This document shows positions 51,741 to 64,000 of a DNA stretch of 64,000 nt, piece after piece. Position 1 is the stretch's first letter. The number at the start of each line of letters is the position of its first letter. A program made the translations under genes and the position numbers. The stretch comes from Perna viridis. Taxonomy: Eukaryota. The stretch spans positions 41,701,626-41,765,625 of the forward strand of contig CM074516.1 of assembly GCA_037379345.1 (NCBI GenBank). Reading direction: 5' to 3'. The notes below the pieces were generated by a model. That model did no database searches, was not told the origin of the DNA, and saw nothing but the letters and a program-made list of their open reading frames with translations.

Positions 51741-52649
51741 ATGGTTTGTGTGCATGCAAATTGAGTGCAACGTGAGGAGGATGAATGCAAATCTGTTATT
51801 GTTGAATGAATGTTTCATATTTATTTATGAATTACTGATGCAAAAAACACTGAAGTACTGAAGCACTGATGTTGTTCAGATGAAAAATGATACCGTTGGT
51901 GTCAAAATTGTGGAAGTCCCCTCGTCGAATTTTTTCTTTCCTTCTAATTTGGAACAAATCCAGTAGGAAGGGGGAAGTGGAATGTGGTCTACCCCTCCCC
52001 CTTTTTTTATATAGTTTGTAGACATGTTTGACATAAATGTGTTTTGACTTTCTTATAATTTAAATGTTGTTTGTTGTTCAAAACTATGGCAAAAGTCAAT
52101 CTATTTAAGTGTGTTCCGGGTTGTCAAAGAAGTTAGGCAAACGGAATCCAATCCAGAGTATTCTGGAATGGTAAAAGTAGTGCAGGCATGGAAGATACCA
52201 ATGATCCGGAGTTTGTATTGATTACGTCACCCAAAAAAGTACTGAAGTCTTCAACGCGGTCACTTTTGAAACGTTTGATGATATGTCTGAGATGCTTTTG
52301 GAAAGCGCAAAGTTAATAGCTGAATGGTTCATTAATTGTGTTGTTTTATGAAATCTAGAGTCCTAGATGGCTGGTTCATGTTTGCTGTGAGACGAGATTT
52401 TACTATTTTATATTTATGTTTGGGTGCAAACATCTGGTGCAAATCTCCGGTGTCACTTATACAAATACAATACAGTACGAAAGCATTATTTAACGTCGAT
52501 ATTTAAAAAACAATACAACATAAGCTCCTGTGAGCTGTTAAAATCATAATTCAACACAATTTAAAGGTGCAATTTCTAGGTGCAAAATAATGTCGCCGAA
52601 GTAGTATTGGTGCTTATGACTGAAACCTCTACAACAGTGTAGAAACAAG

Positions 52650-52950
52650 AAAATTGTAAAGGTATTTGTATAATACTCTCTCAAATACCTTATCGGCGCA
52701 AATTTGTAGGGTAAAAGGCGATAGTTAGAAAGAAGAGCCTTTTCTTCCTTTTTAAAACAAGGGATTACTGAAGCCAATTTCCAATATTCGGGAAATATTC
52801 CTACCGACAACGACTTATTGAACATTATTTCCAACGGGACCGGGATGCCGTTCGCAGAGTTAAGCATGTGATGACTTATGCAATAATGTCTCGTTGCTTT
52901 GCAAAGCTTTTTTTTCACCTAATTAGACTTTGAAAAGTTCAAATAGTTAT
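52650..52950 (-). mobile_element. CR1/L2-type LINE RT N-terminal fragment
   Basis: PLEIMFNKSLSVGIFPEYWKLASVIPCFKK..LSNYR. Confidence 0.8.
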
Positions 52951-53010
52951 AACTTGGACTCTTTAGAAAGCATCTACTCTATTAATTTGCATTTGAACAT
53001 TCAAAAGCTT

Positions 53011-53520
53011 GATTGATTATTGGGGTTTAACGCCCGAGCAGCAATATTTCACTATATCCAGGCGATGAACATGAAATGGATGATAAAATGAACATAAAAT
53101 TATGAAGAAATGAAAAATGGGATTGGATACAAAGATAACAGGATAAAAAAATGATTGCCACTGGAATTAGGGAGATGTGGGTATGATCGGGCAATTCAGC
53201 CTCTTGTGGCGGAGCGCAAGGGCTCCTACTCCGATAGAATATCTCAGCAGGGATTTTTAACGTGCGAGGAACGTGGCATCTTTCCCAACAAGGCACACCA
53301 CTATGATTTGCGGTCGGATTTTCCGTAGTATGGCCTGACGACCCCAGCATGTAACATGCCAGGGGTACCCAATTCCACCACCTTTGGCACACAACCCAAT
53401 TGCTCTGTGAGCAGAGCGCCCTAGCCACCAGCCAGGGTTTTGAGCACTATTTAGACGCCTTTTACGACAAGCTCAGCGCTACTGCAGGCCTATTCTTTTG
53501 ACACCCGGACCCGCACGGGG
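53011..53520 (-). mobile_element. Second full-length copy of the 23045-23557 retroposon
   Basis: Colinear reverse-complement match from CCCGTGCGGGTCCGGG to gcgttaaacccc plus a (caat)n tail. Confidence 0.85.
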
Positions 53521-54135
53521 CAAGAACGGTATTACAAAAATAATGCCAATTACCCGTGAAATGGAAGAAAATATGAAATTCCAAAATTCCCCTTTTTATA
53601 ACCCCTCCCCCTCATTATTGTTACACTGAAATTGAAAAATACGGACCCGAAATGAGCAGATATGTATACATCGATAATTAAAACAACAGTACCCAACATT
53701 ATTCAACGTTTATTAGTCACAAATTAAAGTTTGGTTCATGTTGAGGTAATTTGTTCATGGGTAGGTCTGTAAATTTTTGTTGACTTCGGATATTTATTAT
53801 TTGTGCTCAATTAAAAGCTTAGGAACTATATAAATGTACTGTATCACACAAAAAATACTATGGTATTTGAAAAAAATAACAAATATGGGTGATATGGAAA
53901 CATTCTGAAATTCCCCTTTTTACGAGTTTATAGTAATTGTAACCAAAAAAGAAAATCCAAATACCTGAATTGTTCAGATATGTTGGATATGGTGGGGTAT
54001 GGTGGGAGTTATAAAATTGTACATACTGTTCGTTTCTTGGAAATTTTATGATTAATTAATCTGAATTAACCAGGAATAGAAAGGCTGTTTTGATATTTGT
54101 CACCGACGATGGTGACAAAAGAATGTTTTATAAAA
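53521..54135 (+). mobile_element. Helentron/HINE-like element
   Basis: Internal duplicated units (aaattcccctttt..., 53580 and 53908) and terminal hairpin tttgtcacc-gacgat-ggtgacaaa. Confidence 0.4.
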
Positions 54136-54526
54136 ACATACCATTCAAAGAGTCATGTGAAGTCACCAGGGGCTTGTATGAGATCATGCATATCTTATTC
54201 ACCTAAACATAAACATGAGGCGTGATTAAATATTGCAAATATTGTGTTTTGTTTACAATTTTCTTCTCCATTAGGGACTTCTCCTTTTCAAGGGTCGATA
54301 TCACTGATTGGCTCATTACAGAGCGAGTGGCACATAACATTCGCTGACATTGGTTGAGCCCTGTTTATTACGGGTCTTCACAACTTCCGGTGAAGTGCCC
54401 TCCAGAAGTTTTAGAAGCGGTTAAGTTTGAATGAAAAACGACATTTTTTACAAAAGAAGTCTAAAATCTAAGCCAACCAGGAAAAGTTAGTTTTTGATAA
54501 TTAAATTATTGTGGAGAGATTTTGAT

Positions 54527-55190
54527 AATACAGATACTACAGACACTGTGAAGTCAGCCTCATATTTAGACCTACACTTAGAAATCGATGGTAAAGGAAA
54601 ATTATTGACAAAACTTTACAACAAACGTGATGACTTTTCATTCAAAATTGTCAACTTTCCTTTCATATGTGGCAACACCCCTTCAGCACCTGCGTATGGA
54701 GTGTTCATATCACTACTCATAAGTTAGTCCAGAACTTGCAGAGACTACGCAGACTTTTTGTATCGCGCTAGAATTCTAGCATATAGCCTTCTGGAGCAGG
54801 GTTTTGTTGCTACAAGATTGAAGTCATCACTACAAAAGTTTTATGGTCGTCATCATGAACTCGTGGATCGTTACGGTGTATCCATCTGCGCCATGAAAAC
54901 TGATTTGTTCAACGTGTCATAGTTTTCCTTCCCTCTTTCGTCTACCCCGGACTTGACTTTTTATGAGCAACTCGGCGGGTGTTTCTAGAAAAGCAGAGGA
55001 CGCTTACCCTACCGGTGTACCCGGTCCATGCTTCCAGTTTTTAGTGGTCCGAGTTGCTCACTTGCTTTTGTTACTTTGTAGTTACTCTATGCTCTTTGTT
55101 GTGTACTTCTGTTTTCCATGTCTGGTCTTTGTCCCTGGATCTCATTCTTTTGATTACCGCTATAACCTTGGTTCCCTTGATTACTCTTTG
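54527..55190 (+). mobile_element. Naiad-type PLE 3' fragment (RT thumb, stop, 3' UTR)
   Basis: DTTDTVKSASYLDLHLEIDGKGKLLTKLYNKRDDFSFKIVNFPFICGNTPSAPAYGV...QKFYGRHHELVDRYGVSICAMKTDLFNVS* (TAG 54920-54922, one internal TAG). No endonuclease follows the RT, as expected for N-terminal-EN PLEs. Confidence 0.88.
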
Positions 55191-56896
55191 ACAGAGTCCT
55201 GTGACGTTTATAACATATATTTGTTTTGCTGTTTTATGATTTTCAAAGTCCCGGTGACATTTTCCTGGTGACGGTGACCACTGATAATCAAACATATTAG
55301 AACTAGGAGGACTATTGAATAGTTAATCTTGGTAACGATGACCTTTCTCGGTGACGGTGACTTCAATTTCACCATAGGATAAATTTCATTGTTGTGTAAG
55401 GCGATTATTTTAAATACCCTGGGGATGAGTTATAGACCACTAGATAAAAGACAAAATCACTAGTGACAGTTCTGAATAAAGCCATATCCGTGATTTAATT
55501 ATAAATAAAACATGAAAATATTCCGACCTTTTACTGAAACAAAGACCTGACACCCCAAGGATCAACAATACAATCGGCATATGTACATTGAATAATAGAA
55601 CACTTGTCCCCTTTTCCCCATGATTGCGGGTTTCGATAGACGGTATAAACGTGACTTCCATCACAACATATTATATACCCCTTTGTGTGACATTGTTTAT
55701 TTTGTGTGCCGACTCTACGCACAAAGAGGCATGTTACAATATTTTAACACTTTTTTGTAAACTTCTTTCAAAATTAGTTTTTCGTGGTTTATATATATAT
55801 AGAAAATTAACTTATCTACTAAATGATATCAAACTTGAGACGTTTTAGTTGAGCAATAACTTGTAGCATCGAATTAATGCGATTTTTTACGGGAAAATTG
55901 GGAATTCCTTTTTTGGGGGGTGGGGTGAATTCTTATTACGAAAATCGCCACTAGTCATCATCAATTAAGTATTAATTGTGATAAACCTAAACAGAAAAAA
56001 AAAACAAGTAAGCCATTTTTTACTGAAGCATAAATACTCTATGGGTTTTGACATTGAAAAATATGTCAATTTAAGAGATTTTTCGGTGGTACTTCAGAGT
56101 TTCTGTGGAGGGTTGTGTTGTGTACCGATGACACACACACACACATTAACGAGTTAAAGACTTTGAAGACAGACAGAATGATCCCCAGCGCAACGTACAA
56201 AATATTATAGGGTCGTTATTTAAGTAGCACTCCAGCTAAGAATCTTGCAAAATGTAATTAATGGTTGGAAAGGCTACATATTTTGTTTAAAATGTTATAG
56301 TTAACAGAAATTAACAAGTGACTTTTTATATAACCCGTGCTCTTAGGAGATACAAACTGTATAGAATGTACTGGAGAATGCAAAATTAATGGAGATAACT
56401 CTGTAAATGACACTAAAATACTATAGCAACTATTGGATTTTCCATATGGATTATCTCCTAAGAGCAGACATATTGGAATTAATAATTATACATTTCATCA
56501 TATAGACCTATGAAACAACTTAATAACAAAAATAAAAATAAGTACCTTTTATGAGGTGTATCATATTTTATAGAAATTGCATGATTCTTACAAAGATTAC
56601 TACTTAAATACATAGATAATCTCCAGATAATGGAATATACATAGATGATCTCCAAATAAAGGAATATTCTTTGCCATAACCCTGTAATTGATCTGCATGC
56701 AGCAATATCATTACCCACTCTCAAGTATTCAAAAAATAATGAAATAAATTAAGAAACAGTCAGATTCAGCACATATTCCTACTGTGTATTTAATTTAAGT
56801 GTTTTAAGATAAATTTTTACACCGTTAACGACATGTTTTTTTAACAAAAGAAGTAACCAGCAAAAAATCACATATTTATAACAAATTCCTCGGCCG

Positions 56897-59800
56897 TTAT
56901 GGACATACACAGGTCTGTTGTGACTGTAAAAAAAACAAATACGGATATGAAATGATATTACATACAAGATTTAAAAAAGTGTGTGAGAGACATTCTTTGA
57001 AATTTGTATATTATTTCAAATACTGTTCACGTAAACTAAATACAAAATGCCAAATATTCAAATATTGAACATCTTGGTAGTCTGTACCAATGTTTCAAGA
57101 AGTAACCTTTCATCAGTAGCATAAAGAAAAAAATATAGAAATAAGAAGCCAATATCAGCACCGATCAGTTCTACCACAGTAAGTCAAAGGAACCACATTA
57201 TTGTAGACCCGTGTTAAATACGAAGAATGAATCCTCAGTGTTTCAAGGGTTTCGAATAATTTTGGTAAATGACATATGATATATAGTTCGTCATCACCTG
57301 ACAATTGGGTTGGGGAACATCCTCGGGGACTTCGAGTAAATTCTAAATACAAAAATACCCAAAATGCTAAAATGTGAAAACAATCCCGACAAGACTTAAG
57401 AAAATAAAGGACAATTTGGCTCACATATCATATTTATCTAAATTCGCAGTATTATACATTTCAAAATGTCTAAAACATTCATTGTATTAAACATTGTAGA
57501 ACTTCTCAGTAATGAATTTGGCTTCTTGTTTCGATAGATTTAGTTTTGAACATTACTGAAACAATTATTTTTCTTTTTGGATTTAGATCTTCCTATATAT
57601 TTGATTCTAATTCTGCTGATGAGAGGTTAATTATCGAAACACGTGTATAGCCAATCAAAAGATTTGTATTTTCAGCTGTACCACAAAGTAGATATGTTTG
57701 TGTTGTTACAACAAGGGGTTTTAGTCTGTAGGTGACAGTTTCTATACAATCATAACAATTTTATGGCTTATTAGAACGAAGTAAAAAATGATAACCATAA
57801 AAGAACACAGATGATGACAAACAAAATGATTTTAAAAAAATATTTTCGTAAAAGCTATCTTCAAAATAATTTTAAAATGACACATCATCTTACACTTGTA
57901 TTGTTTGCTGCTTTTTTTTCTTATATACAAAGTTAAGTATAATCAAGTAAAAATATAAAATTTCAGAATAAACATTGTCCTTATTTCAAATTATACGACA
58001 TCGCATCGCCACCTATGATGGCTACTTTTGTTTGTAAAGGTTGCTCTTACTATAATGAGAGAGAGATGCACAACATTTTTACTTACAAGATCAACTTCAC
58101 AAATGACGTCATCATCCTCAATGATGTCTTGGCGAACGACCCTCGGACCATTTGGACCGTTTATCTCAATGACAATAGCGTCTTGAGCGACTGTAGCCAC
58201 TAAAGTGTAATGCAAAATTCATTGTTAAGTAAAAATGTTAATTTTAGAAAATCTGCGATTGACCTCATTTTTTTTGTATGCGGAGACGTCATTTAAGAGA
58301 CTTTTGTTTTTATTTACAACTTTCTATATATACCAGTTGCAATTAAATCCAAATGATGATATACTAAATGTACAGGATCATGCCGAACTTTTCAGAACTT
58401 GGGAATATTCCATAGGTGGGTTTGGCCCCTCGAAGATATACGAATATAGTTTTGATTTTTTTTTTTTATAATTATGTAAGGTTAGGGAAAAAACAGTAAA
58501 GTACAATTAATTTATAATCATGCAAATAAATTACTTGGTATTGCATAATTATTGCAAGTGAATCTAATAATTTTTTTTTTCAGTTTTTCTTCAAGAATGA
58601 TTTTGTCCATTCCCAAATTGCTTATCCTTGAATGCACTCAATAAAGTTCACATAACTGTACTGTCATATTTCTATTTAAATTAAACAAAAAAGAGTTGAT
58701 GAGAAAAAGTTAAGAATGAATAAATAAACATAGGTCTTATCTCACATGGACTTATGTTTCCAAAGACAGGAACGTTAGTTGGTCCTCCATTCAGACAAGT
58801 TATGGGACCATCTGGTACAATGTCAATACATCCAATATGAAAATCGATGTTATTGTAGACTAAAAGAAAAACAATCACAATCATGTTGCAGTTTTTACTG
58901 ACAAAGAAAAATATATTTATTTTTTTTTTTTGCTAATATAAAATTATGTCTACATTTTCCGGCTTTTGGTAGAGTTCGTATTACATTTGTTACTTTTTTG
59001 AAACAACTATTATCCAAACAACAAACAGGCTAATGATGAATTCATTAATATATATTTCTATTTACCTCTAATTGAGACAGACTTATGATAAAGTGGTGAT
59101 ACCCAGGGTATCAATGAGACAAAATCTGTGGGTAAAACAAAGTTACGAGCACCAATAAGAAAATAAGAAGTTAGAAGAAAAACAAATTGTACATAAAATA
59201 AATAAAAGTTCACACAGAACAAATAACACGAAGCCTACAAAAAAGGGTCGAACTCGAGTGATGCTGAAGGATGAGCAGCACCCGTTTTTAAAAAGACATC
59301 CACAAAACTAGTTTCACAAAGCAATGCACGTGAAACATAATAACGAATAATAAATAGTTATAATATAAGTGTTTACACGAACATGTTCTTAAATGTTCTT
59401 CAATGGCTTCGCCTTCCTGTATTGTCATTATGTTTGTCATCCTTCCGCCGAGACGGGCACAGTAAACCTGTAATCGAACATTATAATGAGCCAGTGAATT
59501 TGTAATAACACAGAGCCTAGTGAATTTGTAATAACACAGAGCCTAGTGAATTTGTAATTACACAGATCCTAGTGAATTTATAATTACACAGATCCTTGTG
59601 TGTTTGTAATAACACAGATCCTAGTAATTTTGTGATTACACAGATCCTTGTGTGTTTCTAATAATAACATAGATCCTAGTAAATTTGTGATTACACAGCT
59701 CCTTGTGTATTTGTATAATAACAAAGAGCCTATTGAATTTGTAATCACACAGATCCTAGGGAAAATATAATCACACAGAGCCTAGTGAATTTGTGATTAC

Positions 59801-61439
59801 ACAGATCCTAGTGTGTTGTACTAGTGAATTTGTTATCAAATAGAGAAAGTTAAATCTAGAATTGCAAAGCATGTAACACAAGTAAACTAAACATATTACG
59901 ACAGACAAATGTAAAACTGAGGGTCATAGTAAATATGTAATCAAATCAGACATAGAAAACAGTGAATATGTAATCAAATCACACACAGAGCGCAGTTAAT
60001 CTATAATCAAATCGTACACAGAGCACAATTAATCTGTAATCAAGACACACAAAGGGCACCGTAAATCTATAATCAAATCACACAGACAGCACAGTAAATC
60101 TATAATCAAATAAAACACAGAGCACAGTTAATTTGTAATCAAATCATACACAGAGTACAATTAATCTGTAATCAAAACACACAAAGGGCACCGTAAATCT
60201 TTAATCAAATCACACACAGAGCACAGTAAATCTATAATCAAATAATTCACAAAGCACAGTAAATCTATAGTCAAAACAGACACAAAGCACAGTAAATCTA
60301 TAGTCAAAACAGACACAAAGCACTGTAAACATATAATCAAATTATACACTGAGCACAGTAAATCTTCAACCATATGATAAGTTATTAAAACTGCAATTGC
60401 ATGATAGCAAACCGCAATGAAAACAAATAACACAGAATGATATCAATCAATAATTATATTAATGTGACCATCTAATAACACAGTAAATAAGAAAGCATAT
60501 CACAACATTGAGATAAAATTCATGTACATATGTACACTACAAAATATTTCATTGTGCAAAATGTACTAATTAGTCAACCATTCTTCAAATTGTTCATTTT
60601 CATGATTATTTGTAATTTGTGTATGTTTTACAGGAATAAAATGTACCTGAGTGTACAGAATGATGTTATAATACGTACAATGTCCTACAAAAGAAATTAT
60701 TCGTAAAACGTCTGTAGGATATACATGTGTATCATTTCAATAATTTTTTTACGAGATGAAATATTCTGCATTTAAATGGGATGTGTTCCTTTTAACACAT
60801 GGGACTGCTTGTTCCAAAGAAGGACCAGAATAGACCAGTACAAGAAACTCAACCTAGTCCTAGTATTAATTCTCTAAAATCTAAATACTCACTATATTGT
60901 CTATGAAAAGTCTATTGACGGTGCTGAAATGATAACACTTGTTTTCGACTACAACACCTTTCGCTGACAATTTCTCGAACTTTGCAGGGCATGTTGGTAT
61001 CGGTGAACATTGAGCTTTAAAAACATAGATACATATGAAAGATCAAATTTATGCCAGAGGTATGATATAAACAAATCCACACACGGGAAAAAAACGAAAT
61101 CACTCGCTCATGCAATTGAATCAAAATTACTTGACAAAAAGTGGTTTTTGAACAAAATATAGTCCAAACGTACGCAAAGGTGCACTAGCAAAATAATCCA
61201 TACCGTAGCAAAAGTGCGCATAGGTGTGTAAATAAAATAGTCCAGACCGTATCAAAAGTACGCTTGATGCGTTAACAAAAAAGCATTGAGCTATCATCGT
61301 ATTTTATATGAAGCTACACTACATTTACAATCACTTGTATCGTTTATACCTTGACAAACTGGACACGTCGGGCATGTCGTTGGTGGTGTTGTCGTCGGTC
61401 TGGCGGCAAGACTGCTCAAAAGAATTAGAGGTGCTAAAC
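56897..61439 (-). CDS. Atypical C-type lectin domain protein, 5'-incomplete (~204 aa visible)
   Basis: Phase-compatible exons 61439-61329 (LAPLILLSSLAARPTTTPPTTCPTCPVCQ), 61014-60893 (CPAKF..NKCYHFS), 59467-59383 (YCARLGGRMTNIMTIQE), 58859-58746 (FHIGCID..ITCLNG), 58199-58087 (..VICEVDL), 57342-57298, 56923-56897 (SQQTCVCP*). Donors at 61329, 59383 and 57298 are non-consensus GT sites. Confidence 0.8.
57081..57121 (-). ncRNA. Degenerate minimal type I hammerhead ribozyme motif
   Basis: Minus strand CTGATGA-AAGG/TTACT/TCTT-GAAA-C-ATTG-G-TA; stem I largely lost. Confidence 0.45.
57613..57650 (+). ncRNA. Minimal type I hammerhead ribozyme motif (PLE pseudo-LTR type)
   Basis: ctg-CTGATGA-GA(ggttaatta)TC-GAAA-C-ACGT-G-TA-tag: core boxes, palindromic stem III (ACACGTGT), GUA triplet, 3-bp stem I. 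Confidence 0.55.
59487..59835. repeat. 26-bp minisatellite, ~12 copies (CTL intron)
   Basis: Unit gatcctagtgaatttgtaattacaca. Confidence 0.92.
59925..60365. repeat. ~30-33-bp minisatellite, ~13 copies (CTL intron)
   Basis: Unit approximately cacagtaaatctataatcaaatcacacacagag. Confidence 0.92.
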
Positions 61440-62429
61440 CTAAACAACAAAGAAAAGGACAGATAACATTCTGGACCTGCAAGTAAGTAAGTAAATTCTT
61501 TATTTAAAGAGGGTAACCCAATAAGAAACTCTAACTTTCATTGGAGCCAATAAATAACCCAAAAAAACAACCATACAATATATATTCAGTTAATATACAA
61601 TAATACATTAGGTTCTTTACATTTACTTGAAAAGACAGTTTTCTTAATCCTTACTCATTGACATTTTGTGTCAAATATTGAAAACTGTATTCCTTAAATA
61701 AACCTTATTATTATATAGATAGCAGTGTTTTATCGAATGTTCCCAGTGTAATAAAATTCGATAATTCACACTGTGAAATAAATTCGGTAATTTCACTCTC
61801 GCGCTTTCTCCCGCCAAAGCGGCACAACTTCGATATCGGTTTATACCCACTTGTCCTACATTTATAAAAAACATACATCCCACTTGTCCTGCAACATTAT
61901 TTTGACTAATTAGATAATTATGTTTTTATAAAGTGTTGGTAGTGTTATAGTCTTTTCCATTGACTGGCAATAAATCTAAAGTACAACAAAAAAGGCAAAA
62001 TGATATTCAATAATTTAAAAAAAATGTATTAACTAATGTACAAAAAAATAATGTATAATAATTCATTTTTGTTATTTAAAAAACTTACTATATATATATA
62101 TCAAAATAAAAAAAAATATTACATAAATAAATGTTATAAGATATTATATATATATATGATCAAAAGTTCTAAAAAATATAAATAAATAAATAAAAAGAAA
62201 ATATTGCTAACTTATTTACTTAATCATCATAACTTATTGAATCTTATAATCATCATAATTAAGCACATCTTCAAATAAGTTGTCATTATAATGAGCTTGG
62301 TATATTTTTGAATAATATTGAATACTAATTTTTATTAACCAAAGTCATATACAACTATAGGTTACACTATAATACAAAAGTGCTAATAACTTTTAGCTGA
62401 TACTAGTAAGCAGAAGGTACTATGTAAAA

Positions 62430-63560
62430 TTATAACATGTCAGAACGTAACTTCATACAACGAAATATAAATTTACCCAAATGCAATAACTCTTTGATAT
62501 TACAAGAACGCATTAACTGTATAAACTTAAACATTGATGGTTTTTTCCAATAATATGGTTTAATAAAATACGATCTGAAACCCTGATATACTGGACATTT
62601 CAATACAAAGTGCATCTCACCCTCGATGTCATCCTTACAAAATTTACATAATCTGTTTTGTCTAGGCACTGCAGAAAACCGACCACTCTCAACAGCCAGA
62701 TTACGGCTACTAAGCATTCATTGTGTAATACATTTCTTATATACATCTGGTAATGGTTTAGAAAGATAAAATTGCAGACAAAAATTGTGAACAATATATT
62801 GATAATTAGAACATTTACTTGAAGTACTTAACAAACTGTCAAAATACTGCTTTTGACAATCATATAGTCTTTGTTTGATCAAAAATAGAAAGTCATTACA
62901 GATTTTGTTATCTGTGAAAAAAATTTTGGTTACACCAGATATCACCAAGACCAATACTGTAGAGTTCATTTTTAACAACCAGTTTAGCTTATTGCTTGGA
63001 CAATAGCTCATCATATAGAATGTGTAACAACTCTTCAAAATGCAGTTTGTGGTACACAATAGCTTAAACCAGTACTTGAAAATTCTACATTTCTAGTGTA
63101 TAATAAAGGCAATCTCCCCAACTCATAGTATACCATTACATTATTCGTAGAACCTTTCACTTTCAAAACATTTTTACAATAGTTTAAATGAATTCGCTCT
63201 ATAGCAGGTGCCTTATGTGCACCCCATATTTCAACCATAGGATAGTACACTGTTAACATAGGTGTCAAAAAGTGATAACCGAGTTACATAGTTCAGAAAC
63301 ATATCTTTAGTGTTTCGTCGTAAGGCGAAAACGGACTTTCTGCCCTGCTCTGAAAGTTTCTGCTGTAACAAATTGTATTTACCAGTGTAATATAACAGTA
63401 CTCCTAAATAACTAAACCTGTCTACAATTTCTAATTCCTGGTTATCAAAATACCATTTCTCATTTTCATAAATAACGCCACCAGTTCTAAACACTACAAT
63501 CTTGGTTTTTGCTATATTTACACTTAATGACCATTTGGAGGTGTTCAATTGTAATGTATC
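62430..63560 (-). mobile_element. RTEX-like LINE 3' fragment (RT C-terminus + zinc knuckle)
   Basis: WSLSVNIAKTKIVVF..FSYLG..VLSYG / EIWG..IERIHLNYCK..ELGRLPL / LAVESGR..RLCKFCKDDIEGEMHFVLKCPVY; frameshifts and stops. Confidence 0.85.
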
Positions 63561-63564
63561 AAGT

Positions 63565-64000
63565 AGAGGAGAGACCGACCCTGTTCCAAAGATATATGAT
63601 GAAGAAATTGCCAAGTTGAGAACACCAGAATAGGATGACGCCACTGAGCAGATGGTTGCAAAGCTTCCTACTTTCCAGTCTTCTAGAACTATTCTGTACA
63701 GACAACGTTCCCGTCTCTTACCCAAGTTGCCATCAACCACTAATGAACTTGATTTGCAAGACCAATGGGTTCAGACTTCAACTGGTGAACAATTCCTACT
63801 TGCTGATGACAACAATGGACCTAGGATTCTCGTTTTTGCCACAGAAAGAAACTTGCAGCATATTACAAACAACACTACCTTGTATGGAGACGGAACTTTC
63901 TACACGTCCTACATTATTTACACAACTCTATACAATCCATGGGACAGTAAACGGCCAGATGTACCCACTCGTCTATGGCCTACTTCCTGGGAAAAGTGAG
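63565..64000 (+). mobile_element. Mutator/MULE transposase fragment (inactive, runs off window)
   Basis: PVPKIYDEE..LPTFQSSRTILYRQR..PKLP..TSTGEQFLL..ILVFATERNL..LYGDGTFYT, then frameshift to LFTQLYTIHG; in-frame TAG at 63631. Confidence 0.85.

Noticed and set aside
44807-55190. Selenocysteine-encoding Naiad (described in clams and spiders)
   Set aside because: The in-frame stops I traced in these fragments are TAA or TAG, not TGA at Cys positions, and I see no convincing SECIS.
54963-55271. Small hydrophobic protein family (also 2290-2508 and 38460-38645)
   Set aside because: Translations of the PLE 3' UTR repeat.
63231-63740. 169-aa ORF as a real gene
   Set aside because: Chimera of antisense MULE sequence and LINE RT.

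Overview
AT-rich eukaryotic genomic DNA with GT-AG introns and one 140-N assembly gap. The repeat landscape suggests a bivalve mollusc, probably a mytilid (inference from recalled repeat families, not searched). I assembled four spliced genes by hand from splice sites and exon phases. (1) Minus strand, 13613-17055: a vWA-EGF-EGF protein with two microexons, probably secreted, 5' end unresolved. (2) Plus strand, 18996-29930, head-to-head with (1): a complete 13-exon, ~890-aa receptor tyrosine phosphatase with an R3-type (Ptp10D/PTPRB-like) cytoplasmic region but a purely mucin-like ectodomain with no FN3 repeats. (3) Minus strand, 33532-37220: a gene with two alternative N-terminal coding exons and a C-terminal domain resembling the RRM of LINE ORF1p/ZCCHC3. 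(4) Minus strand, 56897-61439: a 5'-incomplete C-type-lectin-domain gene with a rewired cysteine pattern. The rest is mostly decayed mobile DNA: Ty3/Gypsy, Naiad-type Penelope-like elements (one with a fold-back rearrangement), RTE, CR1/L2, RTEX, MULE, Helentron-type and MITE elements, a tRNA-derived SINE palindrome, a pseudoknot-headed retroposon, two minimal hammerhead-ribozyme remnants, a KCTD-type BTB pseudogene and several minisatellites. No prokaryotic system, CRISPR array, rRNA or intact tRNA gene is supported.
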